Below are positions 13,012 through 26,137 of a DNA stretch of 64,000 nt, one piece after another. The stretch's first letter is position 1. Each line of letters starts with the position of its first letter. The notes under the pieces are model-generated. The model was given only the letters and a program-made list of their open reading frames with translations. It was not told the origin of the DNA and made no database searches. The position numbers were made by a program, and so were the translations under genes. The stretch is from Selaginella moellendorffii (lineage: Eukaryota; Plantae; Lycopodiophyta): contig NW_003314322.1 in assembly GCF_000143415.4 (NCBI RefSeq), positions 62,001 to 126,000 on the forward strand, in the 5' to 3' direction.

Positions 13012-13089
13012 AGACAGAATTTTTATAATTAATAATATTTTAAAAAATTATAGTAAATATTTTAAGTTTAATCTAAAATAAAAAGATAT

Positions 13090-14390
13090 GTGTATATGTA
13101 TAACCATTACTATAGAGAATGAAAACTAACTCTACCACATGATGCAACTATAAATGACAACATGTGTTGAGTAATAGAAGATAAATTTAAACTTATATTA
13201 ACTAAATAATACAAGGGACCTTTTTTTATAAAAATGAGTTTGAAAAAAGAACACTAAATGAACTAATGCCAAGTGAATTATACTCCTAAAAGGATGGAGA
13301 GGTCATTGATTTATTCACAGAAAGACTCAGATGACTCCTTATTCCTAAAAAATCTCTATATCAAAACCTTCCATTGCAATAGTATTAACATGATATTGTT
13401 AATACCAAGGCCTTAACCCAGTAAATAGATAGTGCCAATTCAGAAAGCATTAAAAACTCTAATATATATGGCTAACATCATCACACACTCAACAACAAAT
13501 ATCACAACCACACCCATATCCTTGCCTTTGTCTTTGCAACATCGTCCAGCTCTATTGAAACAAGAGCATCTCCTATGGGAAGTAAAGCTGAAGTATGTAC
13601 AACTATAAGTGGGAGAGGTAATGTCTCATAGTATTGTGCTAGGTAAAGAGCATAGTCAAGAGTAGTTGGGGCAAGTGCATGCACAAGTCTCATAAAATCT
13701 TGATGAAGTACAGAGCACAACAATCCTAACTTGATTCACTCTGAAATATTAGTTCTACATATTAGGGAGAAAGCTCCAATTTAGTGGTTACACTTAAACC
13801 ATTGTACCATTACAATGTCATCTCTTGAGACATGTGGGAAACTCACATCAATGCTAAGCATCATCAATCATCATAAAGTGATCAAACCAATTGTATGCAT
13901 CATCCTCAAGATTCCCACTGAAGAAATTTGGCCGAATGTGAGGATTGGCATAAAAAACAAGAGAAGTTGCACCATACACCATAAATATTACTATCAACTA
14001 AGTTTGATTATTGAATTGCAACTGTATAGCATTTTGAGCAATTGCATCAATTGTTATTATAGAGTCAAAAGAGTAAGATGATTCTGCAAAGGAGGAGTAT
14101 TCTACTCTGCCATAAAGATGATTGAAAATAAGAAAAACAAAAGAGAAGAAATGGAAAAGCTACAAGAATAAGAGAAATTTAGACAATGCAAAAGCTAAAC
14201 CAAATACACAAATTTAAGCACTTCTTAAGGAGAATTAAAGTTGCTCTTCATCTCCACTAATGTAGGTGCATGGAATATAGAAGTGTATTCGATTAACCCA
14301 AAACCCCTAGCTTATATACAGGAGTGAGTGGTTTGGATTAAAATTAATTCAATAGTTACTATGCTAATAATAGTAAACAATATTATAGCC
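13090..14390 (-). mobile_element. Old, decayed 5' half (LTR, PBS, gag, start of pol) of the same family as 6163-11173
   Basis: LVHALAPTTLDYALYLAQYYETLPLP matches gag [26 protein letters not shown]. 14261-14390 aligns with the LTR, and a PBS remnant CATCTCCACTA precedes it. Confidence 0.85.
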
Positions 14391-15436
14391 ATGAAACAAC
14401 AATATTCCTTTATAAATATTTTTAAATCTTATAATTTATTAAGTAAAGAAATGAAGAATTTTTTTATCAATTAATCAAAGCACTCCTAAAAGATGTCAAT
14501 CTCAACCTTTAATAAAAGATCTTCAATCTTTTTACTTTAATTTCTTTGAGACTGTTTGGAGGATAAAGATAAATAAGTAAACCCTAAATAAAACTTTTTC
14601 TATGCTAATATTAATTTTATTAAAAGGCATTAAATCTATGATTAACACAACAACTCCCCAAATTCATGAAGTTAAATGCTCCTGATGTAGCTTAGAAATG
14701 GGACACTCCATGCCATTAGAATCCTTCATGGCATTATCTTTCTATAATAGCCATGTTAATCATTACAAATATGTACTCTAAGAGAAAAGCTTTTCATACA
14801 GCTGTAACTTAATAGTTAATCCAAAAGAAAACACATGGTTCTCAAAAGCATTTCTAGTATCTTTTTCTTTTTATTAATGAAAATAAGTCTAGTGTTTATT
14901 TAAACTACTCAAGTAGGGAGAGAATTCCACTTTTACACTGATTACTTTCTAGCTCAAGTATATATAAATTTCTTTCTGTCATTGTTGGAGAAAAAGTGTG
15001 TGTATATGCTCAAGACAACCTTATAGGTGAATGATATATAAGACATTGATAGTTTTCTCAACTTCTTATTATAAAATGTCATTTCTATGTTGGCCACAAA
15101 GTATGCTTTACTACATATAAGTCCTACACAATCATAGTTGCACAACTAACCAACAAATAATAAAAACTTATTCTTTCCCATATATGACTACTCTTTGCTG
15201 TAATCTAATGGCTCACATTCACCATATAACTTTCTTTTAAAGAATGAATCCATTATTATGTTTATAACTAATGTTTCATCTTTGATCCATAACAGTTTGT
15301 TGCTATGAACTATTAAGCATTTCTTAGATCCAACATATATTCTCTCTAATCCCATTTAGTGTCCCCACAAATTTGTTCATGAATGTAACAAAAATTGTAC
15401 CTTAATTAATCTATTATGCTTTAGTGTATTATCTCC

Positions 15437-15480
15437 CCTAGCGGAACTAGGATCCCAACTAGTACTCATATATTTAAATG
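15437..15480 (+). mobile_element. Helitron 3' end joined to a Helitron 5'-like end
   Basis: Hairpin CCTAG-CGGAA-CTAGG and CTAG at 15459-15462, then TACTCATATATTTAAA. The same junction is degenerate at 44108-44150. Confidence 0.55.
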
Positions 15481-15619
15481 AAAGAGCTAGTTTAATAACA
15501 GCAGATGCTAGGGACACTTATTCTGGGCATATGCCAAAATCTAACAGCTGAGATTAAATAATGAGAGTCGTGAACACTGTTATGAATGCTGAAAGTTTAT
15601 GATGATAAATGAATGGTAA

Positions 15620-16496
15620 TGTTTTACTCTATACTGGGGTAGAGTAGGGTTTGATGATATATAATCTTTTCTTTATGCTACAACTATAATATATAAGAAA
15701 ATTTATGAATGGTATATAGATCAGATTTATAAAACTAAATACAGAAATAAGGTTTATGATATATAATAGAAGACTTTCTATTTTAAATATTACTCTCAAA
15801 ATGCATGAACATTAATATTAGGTAAAAACGGAATATCAATACAAATATGTAAAATATTAAAAAGTTTTTAAAAGAAAATATAACTCATAAAGCTAAAAGT
15901 TTTCACTTATTAACATGCAATTCCAAAACTTTCAGTCTGAAATGATGAAAAGAGAAACTCCATAACAATATTTATATTTTTTAAATTTAAAAGATGTATG
16001 CACTTTAGGTGAGTTTTTAAATATATATATATATTAAATATATTTTTACCATCATTATATTTGAGTGTACTTAAGTAACCCATACTTTAATTAGAGGAAA
16101 AATTATAGAGTTTAATAAATCATGAAATAATAATATTTTTATCAATTATATAGAGATTCCAAATAAAATAAAAAATTAGTTATTAAAAAAATGACTCATC
16201 TGGCCATGGGATCCCACAGCAAGAAATGCCATTTATAGAATATCCAAGACTTCACTCAACAATCAGAATTTTAAATATAATATAATGTACTGAGTTATAT
16301 TTATTATGTTATGATGTTTGTTGGTGATGGAGTCAATTGTTGAAGATATTTTTAATATAAATATTATGTTATGTTTAACTATATATCTTATAATTATGAT
16401 TATCTTAAAATTTACAATTACGCTTACAACTCTTTGAAATTATTAAAATATCAGAAATAAACACAATGCTCCCAGCATAGCTGGGACTTTTGCTAG
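15620..16496 (+). mobile_element. Non-autonomous Helitron 3' portion
   Basis: Ends in TCCCAGC-ATA-GCTGGGA-CTTTTG-CTAG (16470-16496). Inverted copies at 56329-57060 and 36491-36620. Confidence 0.7.
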
Positions 16497-18803
16497 TCAT
16501 CATACTCCCTTATTTAAACGTGCTATTGGCATATGGCATCCGGCGTCTTTGATTCCATTTTTAGAATATTATTTCTGAATATACTTATAATCTAACGGTT
16601 CAAATTCAAAAACTTGAAATAAATGGCATAGATCAAGTGCCAAAGGGGTGGCAACGCTTCAATGTGATTTTAATGACGCTCCAAATCAAGTGAAATTTTT
16701 TAGGGCGATCGGGCAGATTGGGGCAAACATGGGGCGAGAGGAGCATCGCTGCAAAAAGAGCATGGATGCTGCCATCCTCGAGGACCGGGCCTTCATCCAG
16801 AACGAGGCCAAGGAGAAAATGGGAGGAGTAAACAGGTGGCGTTCCTGTGTCACAGACATCGAGTCCCACGAGTGACTCTGGTTTCGGCTGGATGTGTTTG
16901 TGTCGAATCAAGAGCAGGTGATGGAGCGGCCACTGCTCAATCTCATGATGAAGTACGCCTACACCACGACTTGGCTGCGGGACGCTCCTGCCATGCTATA
17001 AGTTGGTACATGGAAGGTAAACTTCACTGGATTCCACTTCAGCCTCCATTGTTTGTTCTTGTAGATGGGGAAGATCTCCAAGAATTGGCTGCAATGTCTT
17101 CAAATTCCAGTGCCCTGGATTGAGTTGGCCATTGCGTACTATTCTGCTGTCAAAAGGATCATCCTATAGAGGCGAGAACTGGCTGGTTCACAAATTTTGT
17201 GATTTACAAACTGTTTTACAGTTTTGGAGCCAATTGAAATATCCAGTGTTTTTAATGAGAGCTGATGCATCCCCAAACGGAGATTGTAAGGTGTTGCTGT
17301 TTTCCTGGATGGAAACTCTTCCGTCGTAGCATCCAGTTGGGACTTGGTAATACTTTTCTCTCCATCTTAGAACTTGATAAAAGATGCTNNNNNNNNNNNN
17401 NNNNNNNNNNNNNNNNNNNNNNNNNNNNNNNNNNNNNNNNNNNNNNNNNNNNNNNNNNNNNNNNNNNNNNNNNNNNNNNNNNNNNNNNNNNNNNNNNNNN
17501 NNNNNNNNNNNNNNNNNNNNNNNNNNNNNNNNNNNNNNNNNNNNNNNNNNNNNNNNNNNNNNNNNNNNNNNNNNNNNNNNNNNNNNNNNNNNNNNNNNNN
17601 NNNNNNNNNNNNNNNNNNNNNNNNNNNNNNNNNNNNNNNNNNNNNNNNNNNNNNNNNNNNNNNNNNNNNNNNNNNNNNNNNNNNNNNNNNNNNNNNNNNN
17701 NNNNNNNNNNNNNNNNNNNNNNNNNNNNNNNNNNNNNNNNNNNNNNNNNNNNNNNNNNNNNNNNNNNNNNNNNNNNNNNNNNNNNNNNNNNNNNNNNNNN
17801 NNNNNNNNNNNNNNNNNNNNNNNNNNNNNNNNNNNNNNNNNNNNNNNNNNNNNNNNNNNNNNNNNNNNNNNNNNNNNNNNNNNNNNNNNNNNNNNNNNNN
17901 NNNNNNNNNNNNNNNNNNNNNNNNNNNNNNNNNNNNNNNNNNNNNNNNNNNNNNNNNNNNNNNNNNNNNNNNNNNNNNNNNNNNNNNNNNNNNNNNNNNN
18001 NNNNNNNNNNNNNNNNNNNNNNNNNNNNNNNNNNNNNNNNNNNNNNNNNNNNNNNNNNNNNNNNNNNNNNNNNNNNNNAAGAAATAGGAAAATTCAGCCA
18101 ACTAAAGAAAGGTTCTGAAAGGACATATGTCTGTAGGCCGCATTTTCTATTCCATTTCCAAGCTTTCACTTTGTTCTGTTTCTTAAGATTTTTGCTTTTT
18201 CTTCTTCTTCACGATGTTCTGCCCTTCTTTTTCTTCTTGTTTTCCTTCTTTTGGTATATGACGCTCAATGGTCAATGCTAAAAGTATAATGGGTAACGAG
18301 ATATGGGTCCGACAAGCTTGCCAAGCTTCAAATCTTCATTGTCGTCCATTACTTCTTTGCTGGCTATAGGTGAATATTTATTATTAGTGCTATTATTACT
18401 TTATCTGGTGTTTGTAGGAGGACTGCCTTGGATCCCAACAGCACAGTTTCTTGCCACAACAGAGGCCATGAGTTTTCAAATCTGTAAGAGTTTAAAAAAT
18501 TTTGTAATTATAAAAGAAAAAAGTACTATACTGAACTGTACCTTGATCTTAGTGAATCAAAATAGCTTTTTTTCCTGGCTATGGAATGGGCACTTATTTT
18601 TGTTCTCTACCTACCCGCTTTATTCCTATCTTGCAGTACTATTATAGCAGAGACTCCAGCTCTGCTGGAATATAAATTGATACCAGAGCATTGATGAGCA
18701 TCCTGCAGCTCAGCCAGAACTTTTTTTTTTGTCAAGGATATTTCACCTTATGATATGTTTGACTTTGCAGGTTGAGCTTGATTCCGAAGGAGCACATATG
18801 TAC
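16365..18803 (+). repeat. Segment duplicated in inverted orientation at 34173-36620
   Basis: Near-identical ORF translations on opposite strands (16648-17123 vs 35833-36329; 18303-18647 vs 34304-34675). Confidence 0.9.
17389..18078. other. Assembly gap (690 N)
   Basis: Run of N. Confidence 1.
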
Positions 18804-18991
18804 AATGCTGCTGTTGCTCTTCGCGACACTATGATCGAGCTTGAGGTCGCAATAGAAGGTGGAAAGGACAGCTTGTCAATGGCTGCTCAAGCAGGTGGTG
18901 AACTGTCAAGGCACCTGGGAATCTCGTCATTAGTACACCAAACAGTTCTCTTTTCTCGTGAGCTTACATTCTTCCTTTTTGCTTCCAAAAG

Positions 18992-19569
18992 GTACTCCGA
19001 CACTAGAGCATACAGTCAATCCAAGCTCGCAAACATCTTCCATGCCAAAGAACTGGCAATGAGATTCAAGGTATTCGTCTAATGCTTTGAAATCTCTCCC
19101 ACCTTTCTCTTTCGTCAATGCTTTCTCTTTTGCTGATTAGGCCGAAGGAGTTGACATCACAGCCAACGCTGTTCATCCAGGGTTTATAATGACACCTTTG
19201 ATGTGGTACACATTCTACATAATGAGTTTGTCTCTTTGCCTCATGATTGTTTTCGGTTACTTATGGAACTTTGATCTTCATGCAGGGGTTCTCAAGTTCT
19301 TCTCCAGCTTCCTTTGGAAAAATGTGCCACAGGTAAGAAGAATTCTCCCAATTATCTGGAAGTTTTTTGTGACTAATATGTGATCGATCTCTCAGGGCAC
19401 TGCTACGACGTGCTACGCGGCTTTACATCCAAGCCTCAAGGACGTCACCAGGCAATACTTCATGGATTCCAACAAATCCAACTGTAGCACTTATGGCAGA
19501 GATCCCGAGCTCACTCACAAGCTATGGACCTTCTCCCAGGAGCTTATAGACAAGTATTCTCCATCCTAA
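18992..19569 (+). pseudogene. 3' four exons of a TIC32/retinol-dehydrogenase-like short-chain dehydrogenase
   Basis: RAYSQSKLANIFHAKELA (YxxxK), ITANAVHPGFI, KNVPQG.ATTCYAALHP and LWTFSQEL. No N-terminal Rossmann fold is present. Confidence 0.85.
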
Positions 19570-19679
19570 AGGTAAAAGGTTGATAGTGCTAGAGAGTGAG
19601 GGAGCAAACGAGGACAACTCGGCAATGATTTGTGGATAGACTGTATTTACTCTTCTCGAAAGCTCGAGCTCGGGCTTGA

Positions 19680-20600
19680 TGAAAAGTAAGACGTGTTGCC
19701 TACATTTCACATGACTAAAACTTTGGTTTCAAGCATGTCGTCCATCACGTACTTGACACCCTCTTGTTGGATTCCAGAGTCTTTGATCCCACCGTATGGC
19801 TGGCTATCAACGCACATGCTTGTTGAGGCAAACTCATCCAGCCTGTGAGGATCAAACAATCATCAAACAATTGATCAATACTTTCTATATCTCAAACGCA
19901 AAGCTACCTCTATGTGCTCAAACGCATAGAAGGCCTTGTTTAGATCATGCGTAAAGACGCTGGCTTGGAGACTGTAATGCGTGTTGTTAGCTTCCTTCAC
20001 GGCTTCCTTGAAATCACTGCGTCACCACCGTTTTAGTTTAGAGAAAAAAAAAGTAAGTAAAGAAGAACTTCGGGAGCTAAGAAACTTTGAGAGCTTATTT
20101 GTATGAGTAGAGAAGGATCACGGGACCGAAAACCTCTTCCTTCCTTGCGTCTGTGTCAAAGGGAGCGTCATCCAGGATTGTTGGCTCCATGAAAGCTCCC
20201 CTTTGCTTACCACCAACTAAAAGTTTGGTGCCTGCCTTCACTGTCTCATTCACGCTCTTCTCCACTGTAGCTGCCGACGACTTGGGCCCAATTGACGTGT
20301 CGTCTTGGCAAGGATCTCCACCTTTGAGTTTCTTAATGTCAGCGATCAATGCATCCTTCACCTACACAACCAGCACCAAACACGTTAGATCAAAGCTCGA
20401 TTTGAGAACAAAGAATACGATAGAATTTAAAGATGAGTGTTGGATACCTCACCTTTCACTTAAAGACGCTGCATGTGAATGCACAACTGGCCTCTTGAAA
20501 GAATCCTTTGTGGACCAACTTAGCGATTGTACCTTAAAAGGCTGGAACGAGATCTTCCACCATGCATGGAGTACTGCCTCCTAGCTCCATAACCACCTGT
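19680..20600 (-). pseudogene. ALDH21: 3' part of an ALDH21-family aldehyde dehydrogenase
   Basis: VVMELGG, KLKGGDP..DTSIGP, EEVFGPV, DSQPYGGIKDSG and EGVKYVMDDMLETKVLVM. Contains stops and deletions. Confidence 0.75.
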
Positions 20601-22139
20601 AAGAGGATCAACAAGAGGAATCAAAGAAGTTGAAGAAAGCGAAGCTCCATCTGAAGGAAGATAAAATAAAATATCATTATTTTTAAGAATCTTTATAACT
20701 AAGAAAAAAATTCTAAATAAATTTTACTCTTCAAAATTAGCAGTTTTTACAACATCCATCTTACAACTGATATAAATCCCAGCTGAAAATATGTTCCTTT
20801 TTCAATAATTTTTATCAAAAATAGTTTTTATATTTTATGAAGATAATGGTATTCTATAGTATTTAAAAAAGCCAAAAATTTCTTACAGTTAGAATGAAGG
20901 AGTGGTTCTTGCAATATAAAATATATTTTAATTATTCATATATATAGTAGTATGTTAGATCTAATTATATAATTATTAGTTTTATGTACTATAAAATTGA
21001 GGTTTGAACAATCTAATTCATAATACAAGAGAATGTTGAAGAAAAATAAAATTTTGTTTAAAAATACTTTAACAACTTCAAATCTTATTATGAATATAAT
21101 AATGTTATTTTCTATGTTAATTGCTAACATAAATTGATTTACTGCAAGTGCTGTGTAACTAATTATAATCAACAGTGATATGCTTTAACAAACAATTATT
21201 TCATTCTAGAAAAAATCAATTACAGCTTCTATACAAAACAAAAGAACACTAAACCCACTATGAAGGGAATCCTTAAAAAATTTTCATCATGATTCTTTCT
21301 ATATTTATTTCTAGAGTACCATAATTTCATTATCTATTTTAGTTTTATATTTTAGGTCAAAGTCTAACAAAAGCATTACATGCTTTTGTTATATATGTTA
21401 AATCAACTTACAATATCCACATATTCCCACCTTCTTGAAATATATGCATAAATTTTTTTTTCATAAAACAAATCAAATGATATTCCTAGAGGTGTGCACT
21501 CAAAACTCTTGGACAAGGTGTTTTATTTACAGTTTTTAATTCTTAACTCCAAAGGATGTACACAAAGGCAATAAAATTTAAGTGTTATAGATGGGTTTTA
21601 CAAGATGAAAAATATAAAAAAAGAGTATTAAGAAGTAAATTTTAATATTACAAAATAAATAAATTACAGTATAAATTATTTAAGTTAAAAACCAGATAAA
21701 GGAGTATTTGAAGAAAGAAAAAAATAAAACAGTCCTATTATTTTGAAATATAAATTACTAATTATACTATAAACTATTTTCTGTTTTAAACTTGGAGAAA
21801 TTGTTGATGATATAAATATCAAAATCATGTACCTAATTGAAGAAATTTAAAAAACATCATTAGTTTTGGAGGATTTTTATTAGTACAATTAATTTATAAA
21901 TCATATTGAGTTTACAAGAGAAGCGTTTTCTACAATATTCATCTTAAAATTAATATAAATCATAGTTGTAAATATTTCTTTCATAAACATTTTGATAATT
22001 AGTTTCTATATTTTTTTAGTAAAAAATTACTATATTTTGTATTATTTTAAACATATATTAAATATCAATATATTCTTGTATATATATTAATTTGATATCT
22101 AATTAGATAGTATTAATTGTTATATTCTCTGAAATATAA

Positions 22140-23200
22140 GTATCAACAACAATTGAAGTCAAAGGAATTCTTGCTAGTTTGTAGGTGGTCAAATTCTTAT
22201 TGTGAAAATGAAATGGTCAGTTATATAGATTTCCAAGAAGTGTTAATGACACATTAAACTCTCAAGGGCATTAATGTATAAGATAAACATAGTGGACATC
22301 CTTATTTAATGCAAATAGTGCACTCAATCTATTTAACTCGATAATCCACAAGAATAATGATATACATTTATTCATTGACAAATAATGGTGTGTTAATTTC
22401 TTGTAGCCATTGAAATAATTTATCATGGGAAACTGTGTTGACTAAGTTTTGTATATCAAGATGATCTCCTATACTATATTTCTGAATTGTCAATGAAGTT
22501 GTGAGTTTCATTGCTAGAGCTATCATGTGGCACTCTATTGTTTTAAATGCTATGCTAAAAGAGAGGGATTCCTTTGACTTCAAAAAGTGCTAGCAACTAT
22601 GCTAAGTTGGTACTTGAACTTATATGAAACACTTGTTGCTGTAGGATAGAATGTGATGGGCACAAAGTGCATTAGGAAATCATTATTTGTTGATGAATAT
22701 TTGTTTCATTTATCTCTAAGAAGCAACACTTGTCCCATCAATTGCACCCTTTCACTCTTTATAGTTGCAAATCTAAAAGAATGTCCTCTTGTGCTAATGA
22801 TTCCTTCTTCCAATTAATACATATTTTTAGCAACACGCTTGTGAGATATGTTTACCCTCTATCATAGGTTCACTTTAGTAAAAAAGAATATAGCTTATCA
22901 ACTATTAAGCTTAATTCCAGCAAGTAAAGCCAAACTGGAAAACTGTCACCAAGAATATTTATTTAGAAATAGAGGCTAGAAAGAGAACCTCACATGAGAA
23001 GAATATCCTTGAGAAAATAAAAGAGATTGTAAGCATTTGAGTTTTGATTTCTTATTTATCCATCACTCAAGTTAGTGACATGACTTCCTAGATGCCCAAA
23101 GTCAAATTCTCTTCTTGAAAACCCTATCACACAAATACCTATGCCTAGTAAATACGCCTAGTAAATAGAAGCAAAATAAAACATTGATAGTTTCTGAAGA
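22140..23200 (-). mobile_element. Highly decayed LINE reverse-transcriptase remnant
   Basis: HLDIQNLVNTVSHDKLFQWLQEI resembles D..KAFDTV.H..L, followed downstream by IK*GCPL (~QGCPL). Boundaries are approximate. Confidence 0.5.
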
Positions 23201-24934
23201 AAACTGACATTCAAACCATCATTCTTCCCTCCTATGGAACTTTCCTGTGGATTTCTTCTGGTTCCAAGGTCAAACAGTAGGAACATCAGGAATACACTTC
23301 AAGAATGAGACTTCTTCAAAAGAGCATATAATTTTTACTACAATTTACTAATGATACATCCAAGCTAATAATTTGAAAATATGTTATTCATTTTTTCTAT
23401 CTTATTTTTGGTTTTTTTTTTATATATGTTCTTTTATTAAAAGTGACTAAGGTTAGTCACTCAGGTTAGTGACATGAATTTTAATCCTATTAATGATATT
23501 TCCAAATTAATATGTTTGTAGGTAGTAATATTATTATTAACTTTTCCAATTCTTTTCTAGAAAGAGATGGATGTCATTGCATTGCATGGGTGATACTGTT
23601 TGTGCACTTCAACTGGATCTAAAATCCCATAATGTTTAGATTGTTAACATGTGGATGTTGCTCAATTTGGCAAATGTTTCTTATGTAGATAACTTCAAGC
23701 TACTGTTCTGCTCAGCAAGCTACAGAAAGAACATCTCAAGGGATTGCAACAGTGACCTAAGATAATAGCACTAAAGCCAAAGTGATAAATGTTTACAATC
23801 TTGGTATACCTTTTTCAGTGAACCAATGACTACCAATGTGCATGTCCTTCAAGGTTAATGTAATTATAAAAATTCCAAAAAGCCTTTTACTCATAAAACA
23901 TGTAATTACGTCAAGAATATGTATTTAAAAATGGCAGTACAAAGCAAGCTCAGCTTCTTCTTACACTCAGTATTCTTTGCTACACCTTCACTTTCAAAAC
24001 CACCAACAAACCACCTATCTCATCTCATAATTGGATATCTCTTCCCAATAGCCATACACCAGCACATCCAAGGATAAGGGTGCTTAAACATCTCTGATTT
24101 ATGTGTGTTTGTTATATTATGTTTGCTATGCATGTTATGATTTTGCAGATATAAAGATTAATATGAAATTTTCAAAATTACTAAACAACAGAAATGTACA
24201 CAACACTCCCAGCAAACACATGGATTTCAGCAATTCCTTGAGAGAACATACCCAAAAGTAAGCTCTGTAAACTCAGTTCTACTAACTTAAACAAAATGGT
24301 GTTTATTTCTTTCCCAGCTATTAATTTCCTTCCAAATTATTAGCAGAGAATTTAGAAACTTTATTGTGTTGGTTTTAGCTGTTAGCCAGCCACTAAAATT
24401 TCAACAACACAATCCATCTTTTTTCCTATACAAACATCAAGTATCAGTACATCAATGAGAAAGAAAAGTGCCACAAAGATATCAAAGATAATAACAAAAA
24501 AAAGAATAGTTGTATTGATTGTGAGCCATTAGCTTGCATGCCACAGCAGCTTGCAAAAATCATCACAAGAGTGGATGTGTAGTTTATAGTGGCACAAAAG
24601 GGAAGACACCTCTCTTACCTCAATCATTCAATCGAGTAAAACATGGCTTGTCATCTTTCTCTCTACAAAAGAGAGCAAACAAGAGAAGTTGAGAATGTAA
24701 AGGCACACATACTTGGTTAGCTCGATGACATAGAAAAAGTGTCCATGTCAACATTGATCCTAGAGGCAAATGCTACTTCCTTCACTTCCTCTGATATCAA
24801 TGTGTGGGATTATGTGCAGAATTCTCTTTCAGTGTACTCCGGTTATAAATTATATTTTCTTCTGGTAAGAAAATGGTGCTGCGTGCATGGTGCCCCCTCT
24901 TTGATAAGGTTGGTTTATGTGTTCTGCTATGCTG

Positions 24935-25940
24935 GCTGAAAGTGTATGGCTTGCTTTCTCTTTTACAAATCTATCCACAATGTAGATGTTGGGTCTTGCC
25001 TCCATTTCTCTGTCACTGTTCCAGTAGCATCCAAGACTATGTACATGACAGCCATTGAAAACCACACGAGGTACTCACAAAGTCTTACAAAAACTTGTAG
25101 ATTGATCTGTGTTGTTTTCAGAGATTATCCAGGCTCAAGATCTTTGTATAACACACCAGACTCAGGTGGCAAGTGTGGAGTCCCATATTGAACTTATTTT
25201 CAGATGCCTGTCCAAGACATATGGTACTCGATGGCTATCAGCCCTGTGCATTTCACAGTCATCTCTACAGAACACAACTGGAGCTTGACCAACGCACAAG
25301 TATGCATTCTTATTCTTTTCATCTTTACTTCAACGAAACCTTCTTCTACAGTACGCTTGGATGAAATCTGACCTTGAATCTGTCGACAGATTCAGTACAC
25401 CATGGATAGTTTTCACAGGGTAACTGTTTTTATCCACATTTTCATTCTGTAAACTCATGTGTGCTACTTTTCTTTCAGTCATCGACCTATGTACTCCACT
25501 CAACTGTAAACTTTACCAAATGCGGATCCGAAATTTGTAGCAGCTGTGGAACCATTGCTCTTGAGAAACAAGGTAAAACACGAGCTCTTCAAAGGGAAAA
25601 CTAGAATGAAACTGTCGTTTTTCTTTTTTTTTTTTTTGCACAGGTTGATTTAGCAGTGTGGGGGCATGTTCACAACTACGAGAGAACTTGTGCTGTGTTT
25701 CAGGGCCGCTGCCTGCAGCACCCGATCAAGGATTTAGCGGGTGTCATTTCTTTGACACTAGAATTTACTCAGCTCCAATTCATGCCATGGTTGGCATGGC
25801 CAAATTCAGCCTGGATGACTTCCCTCATAACGTAAGCTTGCAGCTTTGTTTCCTATATTCAAGCTCTTTATATGGTAATGATAGTCTACCTTTCCTATTT
25901 TTTTTGTCGACAGTTTAGTTCATGGAGCTTGATTTGAAGG
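24935..25940 (+). pseudogene. 3' exons of a purple acid phosphatase / nucleotide pyrophosphatase-type metallophosphoesterase
   Basis: YMTAIENH, YNTPDSGGKCGVPY, VHFTVISTEH, TPWIVFTGHRPMY and WGHVHNYERTC. Contains an in-frame stop and frameshifts. Confidence 0.85.
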
Positions 25941-26137
25941 TCAGCATTTGGATATGCAAGAGTGACAGCTGATAAGACAAAGCTACTGTTTGAGGTAGAT
26001 GATTTGCGTTCTTGGTTCTTGCATGTTATTTATTTATTTTTCATTCCAGTACATTACAACAGATGGAACAGTAGCTGACTGCCAAGCTAGACTGGGGATT
26101 TTCCAGGCCGTGAATGATTTCAAGCTTTACAAGTTCA

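Noticed and set aside
17252-18281. Long ORFs of 237-338 aa in the ORF track
   Set aside because: Artefacts of translating the N gap.
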